Shown here: piece by piece, positions 9,034 through 17,689 of the stretch
How the letters are laid out: every line of letters starts with the position of its first letter
How positions within the stretch are numbered: the stretch's first letter is position 1
Notes under the pieces: generated by a model
The model's database searches: none
What the model was told of the DNA's origin: nothing
What the model saw: the letters and a program-made list of their open reading frames with translations, nothing else
Made by a program: the position numbers and the translations under genes
Source of the DNA: an uncultured Leptospiraceae bacterium
Lineage (GTDB): Bacteria > Spirochaetota > Leptospiria > Leptospirales > Leptonemataceae
Assembly (NCBI GenBank): GCA_964585735.1
Contig: CAZPFB010000012.1
Location: 1,937-65,936, forward strand
Direction: 5' to 3'
Length of the DNA: 64,000 nt

Positions 9034-10787
9034 GGGTACTCGGAGTCTCTTTGGGCCACGACAGCAGCTTCGCCCTGGTCGAGGACGGCGTTCTTGTGGC
9101 CCTTGTGGAGGCCGAGCGCTTCTTCCGGCAAAAGCGCTACAAGCTCCATTGCCACAGGATGGAATCGGGCCAGTTCCCGAGTGGCTATCAGTATGCTGAT
9201 ACCCAGGACTTGAGAAATTTCCTCCAAGTAGTCGGGAAGCTTTGGGGGTTCGAGTACGATCATGTGGCGGTTCAAAACCAAGGCCGGCAGGAAGAGCACG
9301 CGAACCTAACCGCGGTTCTCCGCGAAGAGGGCTTTCGTTTCGGTGTGGCCCACAACGTCAGCCACCACCTGAGTCACGCGTCGCTCGCCTACTTCACTTC
9401 GCCCTACAACCAGAGTTTAGTATTCAGCTATGATGGGCAGGGGAACGATGGTCAGACTGTTTTCTTTCATGCGCGCGGGAACCGGATCGAGTATCTGGCC
9501 AACTATGAGACGCAGTTTGGTGGTTCGTACAACAACCTCGGGTTTATTATCGGGGTCTCCCCCGATATTTCCGGGACTGGATCCGGCAAGACAATGGGAC
9601 TGGCCGCGTACGGGAGCTTGCGAGAGGAGTGGTTGCCGCACGCTCGAAGGTATGTGCGCGACTATCGAAAGGCGCCAATGCGTCGAATCGAGGGGCTCAA
9701 CGCATACGGGCGCGCCCACGTTGTGAACTCCGTCGGTCTACGCGATATTCCAGAGCTGAGATCGTTCTTGGTGCCAACGCCGAACGGCGCGACCACGGGC
9801 CTCCGGCGGTTCTTCTCCCGTACCCCAAAGGAACTCGCTTTGCCGGGAGTGGAAGATACCATCAGCCACGACTTGGCTCGATGTGTCCAGCACGCTTGGA
9901 CCGAAGAGGCGATCTCCCTCATCTCGAACCATCGGCGGACCAGTTCAAATTTGTGCGTAGTCGGGGGATGTGCTCTGAACGGCGTCACGAACTACGAGAT
10001 CCAGCAGAGGGGGCTCTTTGAGGGAGTGCACTTCGTGCCGAATCCCACCGACTGCGGTCTTGCGGGGGGAGCAGCTCTCTACGTTTCCCATCAGATTGCG
10101 GGCTTGGGCTTTGAGGGTGCCCGCACCTATTTAAGCCCTTACTTGGGTTCCGAGGCATTTGACCTGGTCGACCTTCCGTCGTTTCGCCAGCAGTATCCGC
10201 ACTTGGACCTCGCGAAGGAACGGACACCCGAGGTGGTGGCGTCTTTGGTGGCAGCGAACCGGATTGTCGGGGTCATTCGGGGGCGCTATGAAGTAGGCCC
10301 GCGTGCCTTGGGGAATCGTTCGATTCTGGCCAATCCCCTGACCAAGAATATGCGGGATATTCTCAACGAAAAGGTCAAGCATCGAGAGTGGTATAGACCC
10401 TTTGCCCCTGTGGCACATGCAGAGTCGGCCTCGACCTTCTTCACGAACTCGGACGAGATACCTTACATGTCGGTGATCTGCTTCACCAAGAAGCAGTATG
10501 CTACGGACCTGCCTTCTGTCACTCATGTGGACGGTAGCGCTCGGCTGCAGACAGTGCGCAGGGAGCACAACTCATTCTTGCATGCTGCAATCGGGGAGTT
10601 TGAGCGCAGGACAGGCTTCCCGATTCTCTTGAATACTTCGTTCAATCCGGGCGGCGAGCCAATCGTGAATTATTGCTCCGTTGGGCTCGACATGCTGAAA
10701 AAAACGGAACTGGATTGCGTTCTTATCGAGGATACCCTCTTCGTACGCCCGGGCCGGGAAGAAATACTGCGGGGTGTCGGGCAATGA
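9030..10787 (+). CDS. NodU/CmcH/TobZ-family carbamoyltransferase
   Basis: VLGVSLGHDSSFALVEDG N-terminal ASKHA/Kae1-like start, and C-terminal VTHVDGSARLQTV...ILLNTSFN motifs. GTG 9030 overlaps the hisH-like stop (GTGA). The listed start 8868 lies inside hisH. Confidence 0.85.
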   Translation: MRVLGVSLGHDSSFALVEDGVLVALVEAERFFRQKRYKLHCHRMESGQFPSGYQYADTQDLRNFLQVVGKLWGFEYDHVAVQNQGRQEEHANLTAVLREEGFRFGVAHNVSHHLSHASLAYFTSPYNQSLVFSYDGQGNDGQTVFFHARGNRIEYLANYETQFGGSYNNLGFIIGVSPDISGTGSGKTMGLAAYGSLREEWLPHARRYVRDYRKAPMRRIEGLNAYGRAHVVNSVGLRDIPELRSFLVPTPNGATTGLRRFFSRTPKELALPGVEDTISHDLARCVQHAWTEEAISLISNHRRTSSNLCVVGGCALNGVTNYEIQQRGLFEGVHFVPNPTDCGLAGGAALYVSHQIAGLGFEGARTYLSPYLGSEAFDLVDLPSFRQQYPHLDLAKERTPEVVASLVAANRIVGVIRGRYEVGPRALGNRSILANPLTKNMRDILNEKVKHREWYRPFAPVAHAESASTFFTNSDEIPYMSVICFTKKQYATDLPSVTHVDGSARLQTVRREHNSFLHAAIGEFERRTGFPILLNTSFNPGGEPIVNYCSVGLDMLKKTELDCVLIEDTLFVRPGREEILRGVGQ

Positions 10788-11548
10788 AGACAATACTCCG
10801 GTACGCGGTGGCCCTGCGCTCGCGGGCGGATCAGATGATGACTCGGCTGCGCTATCGAGTGGTCAGGTTATGGCATTCAAGACGATTGGCCCGGGCCCTA
10901 TCAGATTGCGACAGGGAGTTTCTGTCGTATGCCCAACACCAAGTTGATCGGTCCCTTCCCAAGTTCGGAACATCGCATCGAGATCCCCAAGAGAATGGTC
11001 GGAAAACAATCCATGCCGCAGCGATTGCCGATAGTTTGGACTGCAGGAACCTGACAAAGGCCCTGGTGATCGGTTGTCGGAACTCTGTCGAGCTGGACCT
11101 TCTTGAGGAATTGGGTGTGAAAAGCGTGCGCGGAATCGACCTGTTTTCCCGCGATTCACGGGTCTCTGTGATGGCCATGGAAAACCTTCAGTTTGCCGAT
11201 GGGGAGTTCGACCTAGTCTATAGCTCACATTCTCTGGAGCACAGCTACGATGTCGAATCATCCATCCGCGAGTTCTGTCGCGTTCTGGGCCGGCCGGGTT
11301 ACGTCTTCGTAGAGGTCCCAATCGCGTATCCGACAGACCACGTGGACCGCGTTGACTTCAAGTCAGCGGCCGCTCTAGTGAACCGCTTCCGGGCAGCCTC
11401 GGGTTCCGTTGCTGTGATCTTTGCCCGCGATATACCGCCGATGACGGAGGATAACCCATGTGGGACGTCAGTGGCGCGCATCCTCCTGCGCCTGGAGCCC
11501 AAGGACCAAGGGATCACGAGGGAAGGAATCGGAACATCTCCTGGATAA
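10784..11548 (+). CDS. class I SAM-dependent methyltransferase
   Basis: FDLVYSSHSLEHSYD and LGRPGYVFVEVP (Methyltransf_11-like). ATG 10784 overlaps the carbamoyltransferase stop (ATGA). Confidence 0.65.
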   Translation: MKTILRYAVALRSRADQMMTRLRYRVVRLWHSRRLARALSDCDREFLSYAQHQVDRSLPKFGTSHRDPQENGRKTIHAAAIADSLDCRNLTKALVIGCRNSVELDLLEELGVKSVRGIDLFSRDSRVSVMAMENLQFADGEFDLVYSSHSLEHSYDVESSIREFCRVLGRPGYVFVEVPIAYPTDHVDRVDFKSAAALVNRFRAASGSVAVIFARDIPPMTEDNPCGTSVARILLRLEPKDQGITREGIGTSPG

Positions 11549-12188
11549 CCGACCTTTTGTTGGGCTTGAAGGTCAACGCTGGCGAAGAGCCGAAGGCAGT
11601 ACTGTCGGGCGGCACATCCTGTTGGACAACCTTAGTCCCGAGCGACAGAAAAGCATTGTCTCCGACAGCGCAGGCTCCCGTTACCGCCGAACCTCCGAAC
11701 AGGCACACACCCCTACCCAAGGTCGGATAGACACCGTCAAGGTTCGAGCCCACGGTCACTCCGTGATAAACAAAAAGAAAATCGTCAAATCGACCGCGAC
11801 CGATCACCGTACCCACTGGGTGCTGCCAGCAGAAGATGCGTGGGAGCTCAACCTCATAAAAAACATCCAAGCCGTGGAGAGCTTTGTTCAGTGCGTACAA
11901 CTTGGCCGCAACTGACAGATCCCCATTTGCCCGGTAGATGCAATTGCCCACGAAATACAGAAGCTTGGCGTAGTGATCCGTGTTGAGGTGATTGAAAATC
12001 GGCCCCTTGGCGTCTTGGTAGTTTTTCCAGCGGATGTGCTGAAAGCAGAACTCGACACGCTCCAGGGCGTTGACCAGGGCGCCCCTGATTGCATCCCGCG
12101 TCGGAGAGCCATCGGGGAAGAGGGTAGAGAGTTGCTGCGAGAGATAGTCGAGCAGGGCGTCCGTGGTCAGACTGGTCCGAAGAGCCAT
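11514..12188 (-). CDS. hexapeptide-repeat acetyltransferase, serine O-acetyltransferase (CysE)-like
   Basis: Helical N-domain followed by LbH repeats (IGRGRFDDFLFVYHGVTVGSN...GRGVCLFGGSAVTGACAVGDNAFLSLGTKVV). One of only two minus-strand genes inside the island (the other is 31172..31657). Its 3' end overlaps the methyltransferase by 35 nt. Confidence 0.65.
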   Translation of the reverse strand: MALRTSLTTDALLDYLSQQLSTLFPDGSPTRDAIRGALVNALERVEFCFQHIRWKNYQDAKGPIFNHLNTDHYAKLLYFVGNCIYRANGDLSVAAKLYALNKALHGLDVFYEVELPRIFCWQHPVGTVIGRGRFDDFLFVYHGVTVGSNLDGVYPTLGRGVCLFGGSAVTGACAVGDNAFLSLGTKVVQQDVPPDSTAFGSSPALTFKPNKRSVIQEMFRFLPS

Positions 12189-12262
12189 CGTGGGCCCATC
12201 TTGTGACGCGTTCTATCTGGTGCAAGCGGAGTTCGAGCTGTGTGTGACCGGATGATATAAGT

Positions 12263-13333
12263 ATGGATGCTAAACGGATTTCGGAACGCTTGGACAATGA
12301 CGGCTTCGCGTTGGTCCCCGGGTTTTTTGAACGCGAGTTGGCCGAGCGTGGTCGAGCGGAAGTCGAGCGGCTGATGGGCGAGGATTCGCCTGACAACCTG
12401 CGGTATGGTTACCAGACACTCCATGTGGCCATTCCCGGCAAAAGCCGCGTGTTGGACGACATGCTGGAGGCTGTCCTGGCCCACCCGGAGACCCGAGAGG
12501 CAATCCAGCGCATCGCTGGCCGGAATTTCAAGATAAGGGACATTAACGTAAGGCGCATGACGGGCATCGTTGATGCGGGCGACCTCTTCAATCCACCTTT
12601 GGAATGGCACAGGGATGCACCCTTGGAAGCGGGTCTCGGCATTCTCCTGACCGACGTGGAGGAAGGTGATGGTCCCACGGGATTCGTCAAAGGATCCCAC
12701 AAGTTCGCGGCAGACCCAAGATGGGACGTGATATTGGGGATGCCTTTCTATCTTTGGAAAACGGACGGGGGCCCCTGGCCTCAAGGGCTGAGGTGGCTGT
12801 CGCGTTTGAATCCGTTGGCTCGTCTCCTTTGGCGCACAGAGCTCGCAGCAAGGGTTGCGAGTGCAACCGGATCGGCTGGCGACATCTACCTGTTCATGAA
12901 TCAGACCTGGCACAGTCGAATGCCCAACATCAAGGGCCGCAATACCGTCGTGATCCTTGCCGGGCTCTTCCCAAGTGAGTCTCCATTTCCGTTCGGGGTG
13001 CGCGAATGGCCGGAGGAGATTCTTCAGAATCTACCGCCAAATCTGGCGGATGCGCTACGCGGCGGGGGGCCACCGAACGAGCCTTCGGATACGCTGTTGG
13101 CCATCATGCATCGGGAGCGAACGAGAGCGCGGCCTTTCAGTCTGTTCTGGTTGGCTGCGCTGGAGAAGAGCGTCATCTCGGCACTTTCGTTTGCGCTCCA
13201 ATCCACAATTGCACACCCCCGCGTGCTCGGGTGGACCAGAAGGATCTATGCAAGAATGCTGAGGATTCCCGTGATTGGCCTTCTGTCTCGGATGGTGCTC
13301 GGCCTGTTGCGAAAGTGGATGAGCGTTGTGTGA
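12263..13333 (+). CDS. phytanoyl-CoA dioxygenase (PhyH)-family Fe(II)/2-oxoglutarate oxygenase
   Basis: LDNDGFALVPGFF N-terminus, an HxD-like WHRDAP and a distal TWHSR. This spacing pattern fits the PhyH family. Confidence 0.65.
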   Translation: MDAKRISERLDNDGFALVPGFFERELAERGRAEVERLMGEDSPDNLRYGYQTLHVAIPGKSRVLDDMLEAVLAHPETREAIQRIAGRNFKIRDINVRRMTGIVDAGDLFNPPLEWHRDAPLEAGLGILLTDVEEGDGPTGFVKGSHKFAADPRWDVILGMPFYLWKTDGGPWPQGLRWLSRLNPLARLLWRTELAARVASATGSAGDIYLFMNQTWHSRMPNIKGRNTVVILAGLFPSESPFPFGVREWPEEILQNLPPNLADALRGGGPPNEPSDTLLAIMHRERTRARPFSLFWLAALEKSVISALSFALQSTIAHPRVLGWTRRIYARMLRIPVIGLLSRMVLGLLRKWMSVV

Positions 13334-13403
13334 GCCGGTGGCGAGGTTTGGCACGAACGAGACGGGCCTCTTTCAGGGATGCTGCGAGCGGTCAACCTGG
13401 TGG

Positions 13404-14165
13404 ATGGCAGGACCGCTGTATGGCTGTTTGCTCTCGTTGGCGGCGTGCCAACAACCTACTGCAAGGTCGCCATTGGAGGCAGTCGATTTCAGAAAAAGTT
13501 CGCTGATGTGGCGACTGGCAGGTCAAGAGGCATACGGCAGATGGGCCGTTGATGCTGCAGTCCGGGACCTGCAGGTCACTGTTCCAGAGCAGGGCGCGCG
13601 GACCCTGGCCATCCTGCCCGTACGGGTCTTGGCAGGGCACGTCTATGGAACCGGGAAACTCATACAGGAGCCCGTTTTCTTCTATCAGCCCATTTTCGGC
13701 GAAGATCGGTTCTGGATTCAGAGAGGTTCTGCTCCAGGGAGGCAACGAGGTGACACGGCCGGCAGAACGCACGAGCTTTTCGGCGAGGTTCAAACGCATC
13801 TTGCCAGCACGCCGGCGGAGCATTTGACGACGCCTCAGCAGGTTGTTGAAGCCACTCTCGCGGGGGCCTACTTGGTGGCCCGGGTTGCCCCGGATGAGGC
13901 AGTCCCGCACCGCGTCCTGGAGTTTCCGATCAAGCACATCAACGTGCAGGCGAAGTTGAATCTGTTTCAAGCCGAGACAGGCCCCATCCTTTTGACTCAT
14001 TCTACGTCAGCGACTCCGCGCATTGGCCACGTGGCTTTCAGTTCCTTCCATGAATGGACGACGGCCACTGAGGACCTCGTTCCGTTCGTTGGCGGAACCT
14101 ACCGCTTCCCCGGCGAGGTAACGAGGTCGAAGGCTCGCATTTGGGTGTTCGCGATTCGCGAGTAG
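13404..14165 (+). CDS. hypothetical protein (possible lipoprotein)
   Basis: Plus-frame ORF with ordinary amino-acid composition. MAGPLYGCLLSLAAC resembles a short lipobox signal but lacks a basic n-region. The competing antisense ORF 13392..14000 is Arg-rich and shadow-like. Confidence 0.4.
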   Translation: MAGPLYGCLLSLAACQQPTARSPLEAVDFRKSSLMWRLAGQEAYGRWAVDAAVRDLQVTVPEQGARTLAILPVRVLAGHVYGTGKLIQEPVFFYQPIFGEDRFWIQRGSAPGRQRGDTAGRTHELFGEVQTHLASTPAEHLTTPQQVVEATLAGAYLVARVAPDEAVPHRVLEFPIKHINVQAKLNLFQAETGPILLTHSTSATPRIGHVAFSSFHEWTTATEDLVPFVGGTYRFPGEVTRSKARIWVFAIRE

Positions 14166-14179
14166 TCGGCCCATGGCAA

Positions 14180-14974
14180 ATGGACAGCTCGATTGAAGTG
14201 GCGATTCCTTGCGGACCGAACGCCGCGGGATATGTGCGTGCGCTCGTGGGCAGTTTGCTTGGTCTGGCAGCCAGGCCGGAACGAATTCACGTAGTCTACT
14301 ACGCGGACGGCACCAAAAAGAGGCACTTGTGGACGGGGAAGAATGCCGCCTATCGCGTGGCCAAGGCCTCCGGCAGCAGTTTTAGCGGGCGCCATTCCTC
14401 TATCATCAACCAAATAGTCGCGGAAAGCCGGGCTGATTACACGATGGTTATGGACGCGGACACCTTCATGGTCATGAAGGACTGGGATTGCCGTCTCGCG
14501 GATATGCTCGATGGCTCGGTCGTCATTGTCGGTTCCGCGTATGAAACCTCCCTGAAGAAATACCAGAAGTTTCCGAATGTGGTCGGGTGCATGTTCCGGA
14601 CACAGACTATTCGGTCCTTGGGGATCAACTTCGAGCACGCCGATCTTGCTCGAAGCGTCGTGGACAGCCAACGTGATGCTGAGATCTTTGGCCTTCCCGT
14701 GGGAAGCGAGTTCCACAAGGACACAGGATGGCAACTTCCGCTCAAGGTACGAGCGGCGGGCTATGATGGTATTGGATTCCGCCAAGCGCGTGAAGTCGTT
14801 ACCACCGGGGGCGAGGAGTTCTGGTTTGGCAACGAGGTCGTTTTTGCACATCGGGCGAAATCAGTGAGTCGCGGTCTTGACAAAGCTTGGATCCGGCTGT
14901 GGCGCGAATACGTATGGCGGACGCACGGAGTGTGGGTTTTGGAGTTGGGGCGTTGGAGGCGCTTCCTGTGGTGA
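14180..14974 (+). CDS. putative GT-A-fold glycosyltransferase-like protein, family unassigned
   Basis: IEVAIPCG N-terminus and a DxD-like MDAD motif about 100 aa in. No confident family match by eye. Confidence 0.4.
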   Translation: MDSSIEVAIPCGPNAAGYVRALVGSLLGLAARPERIHVVYYADGTKKRHLWTGKNAAYRVAKASGSSFSGRHSSIINQIVAESRADYTMVMDADTFMVMKDWDCRLADMLDGSVVIVGSAYETSLKKYQKFPNVVGCMFRTQTIRSLGINFEHADLARSVVDSQRDAEIFGLPVGSEFHKDTGWQLPLKVRAAGYDGIGFRQAREVVTTGGEEFWFGNEVVFAHRAKSVSRGLDKAWIRLWREYVWRTHGVWVLELGRWRRFLW

Positions 14975-16023
14975 CACTGGCAAAAGAGCATACGCGCGTT
15001 CTCGTGATTGGTGGGACGGGTTCGTTGGGGAGAAAGCTCATATCGAGGTTCTTGGGTCACGTGGAGGCTCTGGGTATCTATTCACGTGACGAGGCCAAGC
15101 ACTGGACGATCCGGAACGAGATATCGGGAGGCGCGGACAGGGGACTCAAGTTCTGGGTGGGAGACATACGGGACAAGCAGCGGATCCGGGCGGTCGTGAG
15201 ACAGTTTCGGCCTACCACTATTATTATCGCCGCGGCACTGAAGCAGGTGGACACCTGCGAGATCAGTCCCGAAGAAAGCATTCAGACAAACTTGGCCGGG
15301 ACCTCCAACGTGGTTGAGGTCGTAAGCGAGGAACCGGATTTCTCGCGCCACGTTCACAGCGTTCTCTTCGTGAGCACTGACAAGGCCTGTTCCCCAATCA
15401 ACGTCTACGGTATGTGCAAAGCGCTTTCCGAGCGCATTGTCACCAGTCAGGTCGCGCGTGGTAGTTCCGGAATCCGTTTCCTATGTGTTCGGTACGGTAA
15501 CGTGCTCGAGTCGCGCGGTAGCATCATCCCCCTGTTCAAGTACCAGGCAGAAAGCGGCGACTATCTTACAGTCACCGACCCATCAATGACCCGGTTCGTC
15601 ATGACTCTGGACGATTCCGTGGACCTCATTGCCACGGCTCTGAACAAGGCGGGCAGCGGTGAGACTTGGGTGCCCCGGCTGCCAGCGATGCGCATCGGCG
15701 ACCTGGCCGGGCTTTTTGCCCGTCGATACGGGAAGCAAATCAAGATCATAGGAGCGCGTCCAGGTGAAAAGTTGCATGAGGACCTAATCAATGAAGCAGA
15801 ATCATCGCGTTCTCGACGTTTCGAGCAGTACTACGTGATCGAGCCAGTGTTCAGCACCGAGCCACCGAGGGAGCGATTCACCTATTCGAGCTGCGGTGAC
15901 GTGATGAGTGCTTCCGAGTTGGAGGGTCACCTGTCGGCGCTGGGAGTCTTGGACCTGAAGCTTCCAGAATTCACCGGCCTGAGAATCGAAGAGATCCGGA
16001 CGACCGCGAGGGAGGACGTGTGA
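14971..16023 (+). CDS. pseB: UDP-N-acetylglucosamine 4,6-dehydratase, PseB/FlaA1/CapD short-form type
   Basis: VLVIGGTGSLGRKL, YSRDEAKH, VGDIRD and VSTDKACSPINVYGMCKA (YxxxK) motifs. GTG 14971 overlaps the upstream stop (GTGA). Confidence 0.85.
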   Translation: MTLAKEHTRVLVIGGTGSLGRKLISRFLGHVEALGIYSRDEAKHWTIRNEISGGADRGLKFWVGDIRDKQRIRAVVRQFRPTTIIIAAALKQVDTCEISPEESIQTNLAGTSNVVEVVSEEPDFSRHVHSVLFVSTDKACSPINVYGMCKALSERIVTSQVARGSSGIRFLCVRYGNVLESRGSIIPLFKYQAESGDYLTVTDPSMTRFVMTLDDSVDLIATALNKAGSGETWVPRLPAMRIGDLAGLFARRYGKQIKIIGARPGEKLHEDLINEAESSRSRRFEQYYVIEPVFSTEPPRERFTYSSCGDVMSASELEGHLSALGVLDLKLPEFTGLRIEEIRTTAREDV

Positions 16024-17159
16024 GACATTACCCCCTGTTCAAGGTGCATATCCCGACAGAAGAGGCTCTGAGGGAAATCGAGCGCGTCTTTCGGTCCGGT
16101 TTTGTCAACGAAGGGACTGAGGTGGTGGAGCTGACTGAGCGCCTCAAGAAAACCCTCCGGGCGGGCCAACTGGTGCTCACAAACTCCTGCACATCGGCGA
16201 TCACTATGGCCCTGCACCTCGCCGGGGTTAGGCATGGAGATGAAGTGGTCACCACTCCTATGACCTGTGTTGCCACAAACACGCCCATTGTAACGATGGG
16301 CGCTGTCCCGGTATGGGCTGACGTGGACCCTCGGAACGGAATGGTGACCGCCGACCGAATCGAAGCGCGTATCACTCCACGCACGCGCGCCGTGGTCGTT
16401 GTCGCGTGGGCAGGCACACCGCCAGAGTTGAAGCCGATATATGACCTCTGCAAGCAGAAGAAAGTGAAGCTCATTCTGGACGCGGCCCACGCGTTTGGCT
16501 CTTCCTATCACGCTCGTCCGGTTAGCGACTGGGCAGACTACACCTGCTACAGCTTCCAGGCCATCAAACACTTCACAACCGGCGACGGCGGGGCCCTTGT
16601 GTGCGCCGACCCCGGGGATCACGCACGGTCGAAATCGCTCAAGTGGTTTGGGCTCGACCGGGACGCGATCAAAGACAAACAGGGCAACTGGCGCGGGCAG
16701 CAGTGGGACACGGATATCGTTGAGGCGGGCTACAAGTTCAACATGAACAACGTTGCCGCAGCCATCGGGCTGGCCCAGCTTCCACACATCGGGAAGCTGC
16801 TTGAGGCGCATCGTGCCAATGCAGCGCTCTATGACGAGGAGTTCGCAGGCTTCGCCCTCGCTATGGCTGCAAGTCGCCCCGAAGGTTCGGACTCGGCATT
16901 CTGGGTCTACACAATGGTTTTGGAGCCGGACGCACGCATATCTCGCAACGCGCTCCTGGCCAACCTGAACGAGCGGGGGATCCTCGCAGGGGTCGTTCAT
17001 GTGCCGAACGATTCGTACACGGCATTCCGTCACTACCGCAAACAACTTCCGGGCGTGGGTCAGTTTGCGGAGCGCCAGTTTTCCCTTCCTTGCGGTTGGT
17101 GGCTGGGCGAAGAGGATGTCCGTTTCATCGCGGCGCAAGTCAGGCAGGCCGTTTCGTGA
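16020..17159 (+). CDS. pseC: DegT/DnrJ/EryC1/StrS-family PLP-dependent sugar aminotransferase (PseC-like)
   Basis: NSCTSAITMALH, LDAAHAFGS and SFQAIKHFTTGDGG (PLP lysine). GTGA overlap with pseB. Confidence 0.9.
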   Translation: MRHYPLFKVHIPTEEALREIERVFRSGFVNEGTEVVELTERLKKTLRAGQLVLTNSCTSAITMALHLAGVRHGDEVVTTPMTCVATNTPIVTMGAVPVWADVDPRNGMVTADRIEARITPRTRAVVVVAWAGTPPELKPIYDLCKQKKVKLILDAAHAFGSSYHARPVSDWADYTCYSFQAIKHFTTGDGGALVCADPGDHARSKSLKWFGLDRDAIKDKQGNWRGQQWDTDIVEAGYKFNMNNVAAAIGLAQLPHIGKLLEAHRANAALYDEEFAGFALAMAASRPEGSDSAFWVYTMVLEPDARISRNALLANLNERGILAGVVHVPNDSYTAFRHYRKQLPGVGQFAERQFSLPCGWWLGEEDVRFIAAQVRQAVS

Positions 17160-17683
17160 GATATGCCCTACGGGAAGTTAAGGACGATGACCACCCATGG
17201 CTGGTGGAGTTGCACAACGACCCGGTTGTTTTGCACAACCTGACAGACCCGAGACCGATCACTCTGGAGAGCCATCTTTCTTGGTGGACCGGGATCAACA
17301 AGGACGCCAAGCAGCAGAGGGCCCTTTTCTGTGCCGACGATCTTCGGATAGGCTTTGCCAAGATCTACGATATCGACTTGGTCAACAGCAATTGCATTCT
17401 TGGGGGCGACATCCACAGAGACTTCCGCGGGCGTGGATTGGCCAAGGTCATGTGGAATCTAGTGCTGGAGCGGTGTTTCAATGGATTATCCCTGCATCGC
17501 GCGGGCTTGAGTACGGCTTCATACAACGAGATTGCCCAAAGGTTGTACAAAGGGCTGGGATTCCGTGAGGAGGGTCGGAAGGTTGAGTCTCTGCGCCGTG
17601 ACGGCGTTTACTATGACCAAGTTTGTATGTACATCACCCGGGCCATGTGGCAAGAGGTGGCGTCTCGGCCAGTCATCGAGTAG
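17156..17683 (+). CDS. pseH: GNAT-family N-acetyltransferase (PseH-like)
   Basis: Size and position directly after the aminotransferase, plus an RGRGLAKVMWNLVLERCF acetyl-CoA site. GTG 17156 overlaps the upstream stop. Confidence 0.7.
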   Translation: MRYALREVKDDDHPWLVELHNDPVVLHNLTDPRPITLESHLSWWTGINKDAKQQRALFCADDLRIGFAKIYDIDLVNSNCILGGDIHRDFRGRGLAKVMWNLVLERCFNGLSLHRAGLSTASYNEIAQRLYKGLGFREEGRKVESLRRDGVYYDQVCMYITRAMWQEVASRPVIE

Positions 17684-17689
17684 TGCACG

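Noticed and set aside
11735-11760. GGTTCGAGCCC, a tRNA T-loop-like string
   Set aside because: The flanking bases cannot form the T-stem or the other cloverleaf arms, and it lies inside the CysE-like CDS. I recognised no tRNA genes in the window.
13392-14000. 202-aa minus-strand ORF competing with 13404..14165
   Set aside because: It has Arg-rich shadow-like composition and would be an isolated antisense gene inside a co-directional operon. The plus-frame ORF is preferred, though itself at low confidence.
15927-17138. 403-aa minus-strand ORF
   Set aside because: It is antisense to the DegT-family aminotransferase, which has a PLP-lysine motif. No motifs are visible in the minus frame.
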